Assembly (NCBI RefSeq): GCF_036321535.1
Contig: NC_087436.1
Location: 69,256,001-69,320,000, forward strand
Source of the DNA: Camelus dromedarius
Lineage: Eukaryota
DNA length: 64,000 nt
Direction: 5' to 3'
The notes under the pieces: model-generated
Told to the model about the DNA's origin: nothing
What the model saw: only the letters and a program-made list of their open reading frames with translations
The model's database searches: none
Part shown: piece by piece, positions 37,301 to 47,951 of the stretch
Layout: the number at the start of each line of letters is the position of its first letter
Numbering within the stretch: position 1 is the stretch's first letter
Position numbers and translations under genes: made by a program

Positions 37301-39454
37301 GTACTAACAGTAGATCTTAAAAGTGCTATCTCAGGATAAAAAATTTTGTAGCTCTTTGTAGTGGTGGATGTTATCTAGTGTTACTGTGGTGATTATTTCA
37401 TGATACATACCAATAAAAAATCATTATGTTGTATACCTGTGTTGAAACAATATGATTTTAAGTCAGGAGAAGAAAAATTTTACTAAAATTTTCTTTGCCA
37501 TTTGAATCACTACACTGTTGTCTCCCTTTCACTGTACATTGTGCATCTGCATTATACATTAACCAGATCCCCTCGGAAGACACAGGAAAACTTACTCACC
37601 AAAAAAAAACAATTTTGTACTGATGCTAGCAATGTAACACCTTTAAAGATAACATTACTCCCTTAATCCCTTAGGGGTTACAATGACCCACTACATGGCC
37701 TTTTGGACTTAACTGTCAATACATTGCTTTGATGTATAAAACTTTTTGTGGTATAATCCATTGTCTCAAAAACTTATATAACTGTGCTGTGGCTTCTAAT
37801 GGGCAGAACATTCCTTAGAGCTTCTCGACAAACTCTCTCCAGGATTATAATCCTCAGGTTGATGGCAATAAATTTTTCATTTCTTTTGTAGGGTGACTAT
37901 TGAATAATTTTTTGTCAATATCTGAAAATAATACAATGTTACATATGCTAAGCGTATTTTTTAAAAACTAACTAAATAATGTAAGCAGGGTCCTGCTTCC
38001 TCAGAGGTAACTAGTCTCTTAGGCAAAATTTCCTCAACAAAATTATATAAAAAAATTTAATTAAAAAAATTAATTATGCAAAAGGGACAAAGAAGAGTAA
38101 ATAGAGTTGGTAAAATAGAAAAAAATCTTTGTGCTTAGGGTCACAGCTAGTTGACCTCTAATGTAATTTTGCATAGAAAAACAAGAAAACAATGAGTTAA
38201 GTTAAAAATCTAGAAACATGGTCCTTTTGAGAAAAATCTTCCTTTTCTTGCCTTTTCAAAGAAGAGCAGATGAAACTTAGGTACATTTATTTGTTTTCTA
38301 GTTTCATGTTTACCCCATGCCAAGTCCAGCAACCAATCAACCAAGCCTTGATAGGAGGCAAAAAGAAAGTCTGAGAAAAAGCAAGTTAATTAGAAAGAAA
38401 ACAGAGTGTATAAAAGTAAACAAGAGAGTAGTCCAAACTTATAGAAATAAAAGACATTGTCATATTTGGTTTCTCCAGTTACTCTAAAAATCTTATTAGT
38501 ATCAAGCAAGACCTATGAATATAGAGAATATTTTCTTCTCTGATATGGTGCCAGTACTCAATTATGGAAAAATACAATAAGAAAAGATTACTATTTTTTC
38601 CACTCAAAATAGTTTAGGTACAAGAACTAGGGTCCTCCCTAAAAATCCCTTTTGTCAGTTTTCATACAGTCAGACAAATATTTACATTTAATATATGAAA
38701 TAAGAATCCTTATTACATGCAAATTTCTCTTACCTAAAACCTTGCTGTAATATGCATCCCATTCCGGAAATACATAGTAAGAATACAGCATATCAATTAG
38801 TGTGTACAATAACCAATTCTCCAGCCTCTGTACAAAAGTCATGTTGTCTGTCAGTCTTGATGTACTTCCAGGAACGTAGGAAGAAGGCATCGGAAGCCCA
38901 GCACACCATCTCTCAATGACATTCCCATAGGAAAACCGGAAAGAGTATATAAATGGAATATTGAGGAGCTCAGCCACTAACTCCCCACAAAAGCTTAAAG
39001 GGTCAGCCAAGCAGATATCAAACTTAGCTGCCTGTAGTCTGCTGAGTAAATCCTTATCTGTGATAGCACTGTCACATATTCTTTTCATTGTTCTAAAAAA
39101 ACTTTGGCCTATTTTTGTCAGTTTTATATGCATTTCCCACCAGGAGAGATTTGGCAGTTCAAAAGAAGCTGAATAGAGAGCTGTGTCGAGTTCTTCCCTG
39201 AGAGTTTCTTTAGTTACTGGAAGTTGGAGGATCTCCACATTAAAAGGAATCTTGGTATGATCAAGCAGGAGACTTGGTGAAGGTACCAGGACAGTTATCT
39301 CGTGCCCACGATGGCGGAGTTCTTCCAGAATCACATTTAAATTAATCCAGTGACTGAAATCCATGGGCCATACAAGTACTTTCCCAGTCCTTCCAGAGTC
39401 AAAGAAACCCAGATGCAGCATGAAAAGGACACAGAAGCCTTTCACAGTCTTCAT
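19033..39454 (-). CDS. UGT2C1: UDP-glucuronosyltransferase 2C1-like gene, copy A; complete spliced CDS join(39454..38734,32590..32442,30666..30535,24681..24594,23223..23004,19312..19033), 529 aa
   Basis: Six exons with UGT2-typical sizes summing to 1590 nt, in frame, all introns GT-AG. Signal peptide, H35/D151, R259, signature [46 protein letters not shown] helix and KKKKRE. Exon 1 ([44 protein letters not shown]) matches my recollection of rabbit UGT2C1. Confidence 0.9.
20860..22345 (-). mobile_element. L1 3'-region fragments in intron 5 (an older piece joined to a second piece at ~22080)
   Basis: L1 antisense motifs (GGTGTGAGGTGATGTCTCACTGTGGTTTTGATTTGC; GGAATTGCTGGATCATATGGTA). Duplicated at ~54740-56220. 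Confidence 0.8.
22555..22920 (+). mobile_element. L1 3' UTR fragment
   Basis: ATATCACTTATATGTGGAATC...CATTGTAAACCAACTATACTT followed by an A-rich tail. Duplicated at ~56430-56800. Confidence 0.8.
23004..23223 (-). CDS. UGT2C1: UGT2C1-like copy A exon 5 (220 bp)
   Basis: Acceptor TTTTTAG|GC CAT CCC; donor CCT TC|GTGAGT. Encodes [38 protein letters not shown]...INNPS. Confidence 0.96.
23921..24424 (+). mobile_element. Solo LTR, ERV1-like, in intron 4
   Basis: About 500 bp from TG to CA, with TATAAA (GGCTATAAATTTCCC) and AATAAA near the 3' end. No clear TSD. Duplicated at ~57798-58301. Confidence 0.6.
24594..24681 (-). CDS. UGT2C1: UGT2C1-like copy A exon 4 (88 bp)
   Basis: Acceptor TTAACAG|GTT CTG TGG; donor CTT G|GTAAGA. 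Encodes [29 protein letters not shown]. Confidence 0.96.
25130..26290 (-). mobile_element. Old L1 3' fragment in intron 3
   Basis: L1 antisense 3' motifs (TTATTTCACTTAGCATTGTCTTCAAGGTTCATGCATGT; TTTTGATTTGCATGTCCCTAATGATG). Confidence 0.75.
26430..27715 (+). mobile_element. 5'-truncated L1 (ORF2 end, 3' UTR, A tail)
   Basis: Collinear with ~10515-12110 of the full-length L1 (CACAAAAATAAACTCAAAATGG; ATGAGGTATCACCTCACA). Ends AATAAAAATAA. Confidence 0.85.
27716..29690 (-). mobile_element. Old L1 ORF1/5'-region fragment
   Basis: Degenerate ORF1 translation ([12 protein letters not shown]...[17 protein letters not shown]). Confidence 0.7.
28973..29031 (+). repeat. 30-bp tandem duplication (TTTTCACCTATGTATGCCTTGTGATATTT x2)
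   Basis: Seen directly; also present in copy B at ~62820-62878. Confidence 0.9.
30535..30666 (-). CDS. UGT2C1: UGT2C1-like copy A exon 3 (132 bp)
   Basis: Acceptor TTCACAG|GAC TTA GAA; donor CAG AAG|GTCAGA. Encodes [44 protein letters not shown] (not captured in frame by the ORF track). Confidence 0.96.
31040..31230. mobile_element. MIR-like SINE remnant
   Basis: CATTTGCAGATGGGAAAGCTACCTCAGAGAGGTAAAATAATTTG...AGCAGTAGCTGGCAGAGTCAGG resembles the MIR core. Confidence 0.55.
31660..32087 (-). mobile_element. MLT2-type (ERVL) solo LTR
   Basis: Ends GCTGACACATAAAATTAACCAT, the reverse complement of the MLT2 start. Internal motifs GAGATTTATTTTAAG..TTGACTCACATGATTATGGAGGC and TTGGATGAGGCTCACCCAC. 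Confidence 0.75.
32442..32590 (-). CDS. UGT2C1: UGT2C1-like copy A exon 2 (149 bp)
   Basis: Acceptor TTATTCAG|GA AAA CCT; donor CCG AAG|GTACTT. Encodes [49 protein letters not shown]. Confidence 0.96.
33755..34315 (-). mobile_element. Old L1 3' UTR fragment
   Basis: CCCCTGACAACCACTGATCTACTT; TTAGCATAGTGTTTTCAAGGTTCATCCCTGTGGTAG; CATTTGGGTTGTTTCCA. Confidence 0.7.
35857..35977 (-). mobile_element. tRNA-derived SINE (Vic-type) with TSD
   Basis: Reverse complement of the 4226 SINE head (GCATGCTAAGCATGCACTCTACCACTGAACTATACC). TSD AG(T/C)TATACTAATCCA at 35842-35856 and 35978-35992. Confidence 0.85.
37440..37920 (+). mobile_element. Solo LTR (probably ERV1-class) inserted in an L1 3' tail
   Basis: Starts TGTTGA and ends TCAATA (imperfect terminal inverted repeat). 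4-bp TSD CCTG/TCTG. TATA-like CTTATATAA and AATAAA inside. The L1 tail resumes on the other side. Confidence 0.7.
38734..39454 (-). CDS. UGT2C1: UGT2C1-like copy A exon 1 (721 bp; signal peptide and aglycone-binding domain)
   Basis: Open frame from ATG at 39454 ([11 protein letters not shown]...[16 protein letters not shown]...YYSKVL); phase-1 donor TTA G|GTAAGA at 38734/38733. Confidence 0.96.
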
Positions 39455-39498
39455 GATTAACTCTTGCTGAAAGCAAATCTGAGCTTAAACCAAGTGCA

Positions 39499-39580
39499 TG
39501 ACTCACAGTACAAAGACATTTCCTTGTTCTAAGCAATCAGTTTATACTAGGTTGGGCTGAACTTTGAAGTGTGTACTTTG
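39499..39580 (-). promoter_or_regulatory. Putative UGT2C1-like proximal promoter: TATAAA, two HNF4-like motifs, AP-1-like site
   Basis: On the minus strand: TATAAA at 39541-39546, CAAAGTTCA at 39558-39566 and CAAAGTACA at 39572-39580. TGACTCA at 39499-39505 on the plus strand. Motif matches only. Confidence 0.45.
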
Positions 39581-39714
39581 TATTATGGATTAAAATGAAT
39601 CGAAACTACTTTGATGGAGAAAAGAAAGGTTGAGAAGATCAATATCCTGAGTTATGAAAGAAATACTCAGAATGAGAATTTCAAAACTTTTTTTGGAGGA
39701 TATAAAAATAAAGA

Positions 39715-40790
39715 GCCACACAGCTACAGGTGGCAAGAATATACACTGGAAAAAAGATAAACTCTTCCACACGTGGTGTTGAGAAATCTGGGCAGCTGCA
39801 TGTAAATCGATGAAGCTGGAATATTCCCTCAAGCCACACACACTGGAGTAAAAAGTTCGTGGGATCAGGAGAAGGCTCACAAGCACAAGCACTTCAGGCT
39901 CTGCTCTAGGGAAAGCAATGGGGGGACCCCAAAACTCAGATCAGCAATGCAGACTCAATAGAAGGTATTTAATCTGGGGATATTCCTGGAGGATTTCTTC
40001 TTCTCAAGTGAGAAGAAGAAACATGGAGGAGGTGTATCCAAGAAACACCTGAGGAAGTCTCAGAATGTCTAGTCAGACTGATGGGTGGAAGTATTTGTGT
40101 CTCAAAGCCAGTCAGTAAAGACTGGACTTGGTGACTGATTCCTTAAATGCAAATTCCAACACAAGCCTATGAAGAACATGAGAAATCAAGGAAGTACAAC
40201 ACCACCAAGGGAGCACAAGGATTTTCCAGCAAACAACTACAAAGAAATACAGATGTATAAGTTGCCTGAAAAGAATTTTAAATAATGTTTTTAGGAAGCT
40301 GAGGAAGCTATGGGAAAACAGAGGCAAGGAAATGCAGTTCAATGAAAAGACATCACTACTGACCTGATTGAAATAGGAGACTGAATACAGAAATAAGAAA
40401 AATTAAAAGTAAAGTGGGAAAAATCATTAAAAAAAGATGGTTAGCTTAATTAAGAACAACAAGAAGAAACAAGGAAACAAACCTGCCATAAATCTTGGAG
40501 CTAAGGAATCTGCTGAATGAAATGAAAAATGAATACAGGGCCTCAGAAGCAGACTCAATCAAGCAGAGTAAAGAATCTGTGAACACAAAGACAGGTCATT
40601 TGAAGTTATACAGTTAGAGGAGAGGAAAAAAAAAACTAGAAAAGTGTGAAGTAAACTTATGGGTATCATAGGATAACTTAAAGTTGAGAATAGTTGCACT
40701 GTGGGCTTCATAGAAGGAGTAGAAGGGAAGCAAGGTACAGAAATCTTATTTAAGAAATAATACCTAAAATATTGGGTAATATCTTATATC
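39715..40790 (+). mobile_element. L1 fragments: a short ORF2 piece at ~39715-39845, then a degenerate 5'/ORF1 region
   Basis: AAACTCTTCCACACGTGGTGTTGAGAAATCTGGGCAGCTGCATGTAAATCGATGAAGCTGGA (ORF2-like); AGCAGACTCAATCAAGCAGAGTAAAGAATCTGTGAA (ORF1-like). Confidence 0.65.
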
Positions 40791-42465
40791 AGTGATTCTT
40801 CTTTATAAGTTTTATTTTGAACCACGGAGGAGATAAAGAACTATGACCTTCAGTCAATGAATTCATCCATTATCAGTATTACTCCAACAGTATTATTAAG
40901 TGTACTTTGGTCTGGTTTTTAATCATTTTGCATGTTAGTAGGAAGAAATATACAAAGTGCTTCAGTTATTATTTAATTTATAGAAGTCTGGAAAAATAAG
41001 AGGATGTACATTTTCTGAGATATGAGTTCAGTTAGTCACTAAACTTCTACATTACAAAAATCCCTTTCTTGTTATAAAGACTCCTCAGTTTCTGCTGTAA
41101 TTTGTCCACTAAAGTAAGTTCCAAGTTGACTGAACTGCTTAGGAATTGAGGGATTGACTCCAGTTCTGGCTATGATGGTATAACTGGGGCCAAAATAATT
41201 CTCTGCCATAAGCAACTAAAAAGTTCACCAAATTAGTTAAAAAAATTGGCCAAATTATATGTAACAGTTTTCTTCAGATATTGAACAGTAGGCATCACAG
41301 AAACTTGAGAACTAAGAGAAGGGAAGCTTATGAGGTGAACCTTAGACTCTCTAGCTTTAAGACTCTAGCCACTTTCGAGGTTTCCTTGTAAGGACCAGGA
41401 TCTCTAGCAGAAACTGTGGGTACCACGGATTGACGTAAAAGAAGGTCGGGTCTAAGGATGCTTGATATCTGGAATAAGAATTGCATACATTGGGAATTCA
41501 AAATGTCCCACCATGTCTTCTACTGAACAATTAAGCTGCTCATTTAAGAGTTCAGGTTGACATGCTGAAGTTAGTTTTCACTCATGGTGTTCAAATATTT
41601 TGATTTTATACCACTTTAAAAAATGTCAGCCTTATGAACTGTTTAAATTACTAAAATCCCAGTTAGGTAAACAGAATGTGACCTTTTTGCAGAGTTCATG
41701 AGATAATAAGATAAAGTCATTCCCAGGATATGTGTCTACTACTGTTAGGGTAAATGCCTGTGTGAAAGAGAGACAATTAGGATCCTGGCCCCAAGCGTCC
41801 AGTTGGTATACTCATGCAGTAGTGCCATATCAGAAACTCAGTGTTTAATTCCACTCCCAGCAGATGTGACCCTCTCAGCACTCATCTGGGGTGTAGTTAG
41901 GGGAACCTTGGTCCATAGGAGCCCATACACTGAGTCCCATGCATAGCTTTATTCTCTGCCACCAAAGACACCCCAATAAATTGCTCTAGGGGCTGGCACT
42001 GCTTGGATGATTATGGAGGGTGCCTGATGTTACCTGGCTGAGTACTTTTGCCTACCTTCTTGCTTACTGTCTAGTCTGTGATGGATGTTCTATGGTGGGA
42101 ATTAACATGGTGTCCCATGGTTGAGCCCTCCATCTCTTATAGGGTTCCATAGCATGTCAGTTGTTTTTCCAGATAGAGGTTAATTCTTCATTCCAGATGA
42201 TATTGCCTTGCTGTGTTGTGTTTCTGCCATTCAGCTTGGCATAGATGCCACACAGTGCCTTCTCTCACTGCTGATGTGTGAAATACTAAAACATCTCCAT
42301 AATATTATAACCCATCACAGCCTGGGGCTACTGTGGAGTTCTTTCCCAGTCAGGTCCCTCTCAAAGCTGGCAGTCTTTTGAGTTACGTAGCACATTTGTC
42401 CCAGAATGGAATATATATTCTTCCCCCAATTCTTGAAAGACTTAAAAATCACTGTTTCTTTTTCC

Positions 42466-42500
<35 letters not shown>

Positions 42501-44896
42501 GTAAAATGCAAAAATCTATTCTCCTTTGGAAGTAATGGCCTCAAATACACCTGACCACTGGATCTCAATTAATTTTATTGGTCTGGCAGATCACACTTGA
42601 ATATTCATAGGGTTATCTTACACTTTGTAAGGCACGTGTATCACACTCAGGTTTCCAACATATTAAACAATAGTGTATCCTGTTTGATTTGCAAAATGTC
42701 ATCAATACAATCAGTCAGTACAATTTTCTGAAGGATATCCAGGTAATTTAAATCTCGTGGGTTATAGTTCATGGAAAGAGAAGAAAGTTTTATAGTACAG
42801 TCCTGATGTAAAAGAGGAAATGTGTGCTGTTTGTTCCAAGTGAAAAAGAATCATTTCTAAACGTCTTTTCTAGTAGGGATGGTGAAGAACACGCCCATCT
42901 AAGCAGTGGCCTCACTCTGTACTGAAGATGTCTGAGTCTTCCCTAGCAGAGATACCACATCTGGCACAGAGGATGAGATTGGAGTGTTGTCTTGGATGAA
43001 TTTGCACAAGTGTGCTATCAATTTGAAGAAAATGTTGGTTTTGTATTGGCCAGATATATTGGAGTTGATCATTCTGCCTCCTTGAAACATTTAATAACTT
43101 TCATTTCCACCATCCCCAGAAACATGATGTGATTTTATGTTTCTGTTTTGGCTGGGGTCAGGAGGGTGGTGAGAGGAAGTTGTTCCAAGAGTGGATGGGT
43201 TTGAATAGCGGACCCCCAAATATGTCTAAGTGCTAACCCCAGATCCTATGACATTGACCTTAAATGGAAAGATTTTGCAATGTGCACGCATACCTTGTTT
43301 TATTGTGCTTTGCTTTATTCTGCTTCACAGATACCGCATGTTTTACAAACTGAAAGTTTGTGGCAACCTGACTAGAGGAAGTCTATCAGCACCACTTTTC
43401 AAATAGTATTTGCTCACTTTGTGTCTCTGTTACATTTGGCTAATTCTTGAGATATTTCAAGCTTTTTCTTTGTTATATGTGTTATGGTGATCTGGGATCA
43501 TTAATGTTTGACATTACTATTGTAATTATTTGAGGGCACTGCAAAACCTCCGTCATATTAGATGGCTGATAATTGTTAAATATTATGTGTTATCATTGCT
43601 CCATCAAGGGCTATTCCCCTGTTTCTCTCCATTTCCTCAGGGCAACCTGTTCCCTGAGATCAAAAATATTGAAATCAGTCCCATTAATAACCATCAATGG
43701 CCTATAAGTTTTCAAGTGAAAGTAAGAGTTGCAAGTCTCTCATTTTAAACCAAAACCTAGAAATAATGAAGCTTAGTGAGTAAGGCATGTGGAAAGCTGA
43801 GACAGGCCAAAAGCAAGGCTTGTTGCAACAAAGTAAGAATTTTTTTTGCAAAGGAGAAATTTTGGAAGGAAATTAAAAGTGCTACTCTAGTGAACACAGA
43901 AAGGATAAGAAACTAAACCTTATTGCTGATACGATGAAAGTATTTTGTGGTCTAGATGGAAGGTCAAAACATCCATGACATTCCATTAAGCCAGAGCCTA
44001 GTCCAGAGTGAGGCCTTAACTCCTTTCAATTCTATGAATGCTGAGAGAGGTGATGAAGCTGCAGAAGTAAATTTTGAGACTAGCAGAGTTTGATTAATAG
44101 GTTTTAAAGAATCAAGCTGTCTTCATAACATGAAAGTTCAAGATGAAGCAGAAAGTGCTGGTGGAGAAGCTGCAGCAAGTTATCCAGAAGGTTTAGCGAA
44201 GATAACTCATGAAGGTGTCTGTAATCAACAACAGATTTTCAATGCAGGTGAAACAGCCCTCTGTTGGAAGAAGATGCCATCGGGGATTTTCATAGCTAAA
44301 GGGGAGATGTCAATGTCTGGCTCAAAAGTTCAGAGGACAGGCTGACTCTCCTTTAGGGGTTAATGCAGCTGGTGACTTGAAATTGAAGCCAATGCTCATT
44401 TCTCAAGGCTCAAATCCTAGAGGCCTTAAGAATTATGCTAAATCTACTCTGTCAGAGCTCTATAAGTGGGACAACAAAACCTAGATGACACAGCAAATCT
44501 GCCTACAACATGGATATTGAATATTTTCAGCCCACTGTTGAGACCTGCTGCTCATTAAAAAAAAAAGTTTATTTCAAATATACTGCTTCTAGGTAATGTA
44601 CGTGGTCACTCAAGAGCTGTAATGGAGAGGTCTAATGAGGTTAATGTTGTTTTCATGCGTGCTACCCCAACATCCATTCCATAGCTTAGGGACCAAAAGC
44701 AATTTCAATTTTCAAGTCTTATCATTTAAGGCATACTTTTGTATAGCTGTAGCTGCCATAGGTAGTGATTCCTGTGATGGATGTGGGCAAAGTCAGTTGA
44801 AACGTTTCTGGACAGGATTTACCATTCTAGATTCCATTAAGATGATTCATGTTTCATGGGAAGAGGTCAAACTATCAACATTAAAAGGAGTATGGA

Positions 44897-47800
44897 GGGA
44901 AGCAAGATGGCGTAGAAGGACGCTTGTATCTCACCTCTCCCACACATACACCAAAACTCACATCTACGGACCTACTGAGCCAACCAGAGCACCTACTGAA
45001 CTCTGACAGAACATCGCCCTCTTCGAAAGACAAAGACGCTAAAAATCTGATAGGAAGAAAGGAAAAAAGAACAAAAGTATAAGCAAAACAGTTCGGAACC
45101 GATCCTGCAGAGAGGAAGCGGCAAAGGAGGACTGGTGCTCTTTCCCTGGGCTCCTCCTCTTCAACAGAGAGGCCAGTGGAACAGAGGGGGAGCCTCCGAG
45201 TCTCAGATCTGCCCCCAGCATCCCTTGACAGACAAAACTGAGTTAAACAGGCACAAAGGGTCCCTCTGACCCACAGCCCAAGATGCAAGCTGGCAGCTGG
45301 GGCCGGGACAGGCTACCCGAGCCGGGAGGAGGACTGGGGTGGCTACAATGAGGAAGCTCCAGGGGACTGCAGGGTGCTGGGCGCCGTGGCTGGGAGGGGA
45401 TAAGGAACAGAACAATCTCGGTCCCCCATAAATTGCAAAAAAAGCAAAGCTACAGGGCTGGTGTGCCCTGGGGGGAGGGGCGCCGTAGACTTTGTCTCCT
45501 CAGACCTAATCACCATTACTGGCGCTTCTAGGGAGAAGAGAGGCAGGGCTCAGCTACAGCCGCCATCTCCTCCTCTCCTCAGTGCCAGGGCCGGGGTGGG
45601 GCCGAGCCCTGAATCCACACCTGGGGGCTCCGCAACCTCCTAGGCAGGACTGAGACTTGTTTACAGCCTGAGGCAGATAGGCTCTTTCTGCCCTGGCACT
45701 TAAGAGAACTCGCGTAGCCAAGCCAAACAAGGAGTTGTGATTTGGCACGGAGCAGGGGCGGGGCCATTCCACGGTCTTCCGAGTCCACCTTTGGAGTGCA
45801 GACCTGAGACGGAGTGCAGACCTGAGACAGAGCGGGCAGCTGCACAGAGCAGCGGAGCGACCAGCGCTGAGAGAGGGCAGGTGGCCACCCCGTTTCCTGG
45901 CAGGAATGCAGCACCTGACCATGGTGCTGAGAGGGGGCCCGATCCGCCCACCTGCCTCCACAGGAGCACAGCATCTGACTGTGGCATTGGGAGGGGGAGT
46001 GACCCACCTGCTCACTGGTAGGAGCTCAGCTCCTGACCCAGTGTTAGGAGGGGGAGAGATCTGCTAGCTGACAGCCACTGGGAGCAGCACAGACAAGGGC
46101 GCCAACAGAGGGCCTCTGGAAACAGCAAGCTGAGTTCGGAAACAGGGCCAAGACACAAAGACCTCTCGATAAAATCAAGACCGTCTCCAGGAGAACTAGA
46201 TAACTGATACTCCTTAAGCCATTGTGCCAGAGAGATATGAGCAATATGAAGAAGCAGAGGAACCACTCCCAATTAAAACATCAAGAGAAATCCCCTGAAA
46301 GCACGATCAAGGAAATAGACATTGATGGCCTACTAGATTAAGATTTCAAAAAAGGAGTGATCAAAGTACTGAAGGAACTGAAAGAAATAATTTAGAGATA
46401 TAAAATATGTCAAAAATGAAATCAAAGCTATAAAGACGAACCAAGTAGAATTAGTAAACTCATTTGCTGAGATGAGAGCTGCTCTAAAGGCTGTACAAAG
46501 CAGACTAGATAATGCAGAGGAACGAATAAGTGTCCTAGGAGACAGGACAACAGAAAGCACCCAGTCAGAACAACTGCAAGATAACAAATAAAAACAAATG
46601 AAAACAATACGAGGGACCTATGGGATAATATAAAGCATGCCAATCTTCACATAATAAGGGTTCCAGAAGGGGAAGAAAGACCAAAGGGAACTGTAAAGGT
46701 ATTGGAAGAAATTATGACTGAAAACTTCCCAAACCTAAAGGAATCAGATATCCAAGTACAGGAGGCTCAGAGGGTCCCAAACAGGAAGAACCCAAACAGA
46801 CCCACACCAAGACATACCATAATCAAGATGGCCAGAGTCAAGGATAAAGAAATGATCCTAAAGGCAGCAAGAGAAAAACAAAGAGTGAGTTACAAGGGAA
46901 CCCCCATAAGGCTCTCAGCTGATTTCTCTACACAAACACTACAGGCCAGAAGGGAGTGGCAAGATATATTCAAAGTCCTGAATGAAAAAAAGATGCAGCC
47001 TAGGATACTCTATCCAGCAAGGCTATCCTGTAGAATAGAAGGAGAGATAAAGAACTTCATAGACAAGCAAAAACTAAGAGTTTAGCAACACTAAACCCAT
47101 GCTAAAAGAATTATCAACAGATCTACTGTAAATAGAAAAGAAGCAGGATGCTACAAAATTGAGAAACTCATAACTGGAAAGGCGATAACTACCATGAATT
47201 ACAAAAAAAATAAACACAAAATTGTAAAAGAAGACATCTGAATCATTAAGAGTGGGAGAGGAAGCAAGGAAAGCCACTGTGGAAAACAGTATGCAGAGCC
47301 CTCAAAAGACTAGGAATAGACTTACCATATGACCCAGGAGTCCCTCTCCTGGGCATATATCCAGAAAGAAGCCTACTTCAAAATGACAGCTGAACCCCAA
47401 TGTCATAGCAGCACTATTTACAATAGCCAAGACATGGAAACAGCCTAAATGCCATCAACAGATGACTGAATAAAAAAGAAGTGGTATATTTAAATGATAG
47501 AATGCTATTCAGCCACAAGAACAGACAACATAATGCCATTTGCAGCAACATGAATGTTCCTGGAGAATGTCATTATAAGTGAAGTAAGCCAGAAAGACAA
47601 AAAAAAAAAAAAAAAAAATGCAAAATGAGATTGCTCATATGAGGAATCTAAAAAAAAAAGTACAAAACAGAAACAGACTCATAGACATAGAATACAATCT
47701 TGTGGTTGCCAAAGGGGATTGGGGTGGGAAGGGACAGACTGGGATTTTAAAATGCAGAATAGATAAACATGATTATACTGTATACAACAGGGAAATCTAT

Positions 47801-47951
47801 ACAAGATCTTGTGGTAGCACATAGTGAACAAAAAAAGTGTGACAAGGAATATATGTATGTTCATGTATAACTGAAAAATTGTGCTCTCCACTAGAATTTG
47901 ACACAACATTGTAAAATGACTATTGCTCAATAAAAATTAAAAAAATAAAAT
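44897..47951 (+). mobile_element. Internally deleted L1 (5' UTR, ORF1, very end of ORF2, 3' UTR), HAL1-like architecture, with a 13-bp TSD
   Basis: TSD AAAGGAGTATGGA at 44884-44896 and 47952-47964; TT/AAAA site at 44881-44886. Disrupted ORF1 at ~46238-47130. The junction at ~47270 joins sequence matching ~7430 to sequence matching ~11111 of the full-length L1. Confidence 0.9.
45793..45828 (+). repeat. 18-bp tandem duplication in the L1 5' UTR (GGAGTGCAGACCTGAGAC x2)
   Basis: Seen directly. The other two L1 5' UTRs have a single equivalent unit. Confidence 0.85.

Larger units (their letters stand above)
35720..37975 (+). mobile_element. 5'-truncated L1 (ORF2 end plus 3' UTR), interrupted by a SINE and an LTR
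   Basis: ORF2-like segments ([27 protein letters not shown]). The 3' tail TGTATACCTG|...|TCTGAAAATAATACAATGTT is split by the LTR. Confidence 0.85.

Noticed and set aside
12167..39454. UGT1A/UGT2A-style shared-exon locus with alternative first exons
   Set aside because: The extra exon 1 is 3' of the last exon in transcription order, and I saw no additional exon-1-like sequence in intron 1 or the intergenic spacer.
42470..42498. A29 homopolymer as a retrocopy tail
   Set aside because: No recognisable upstream body or convincing TSD; treated as a simple repeat.
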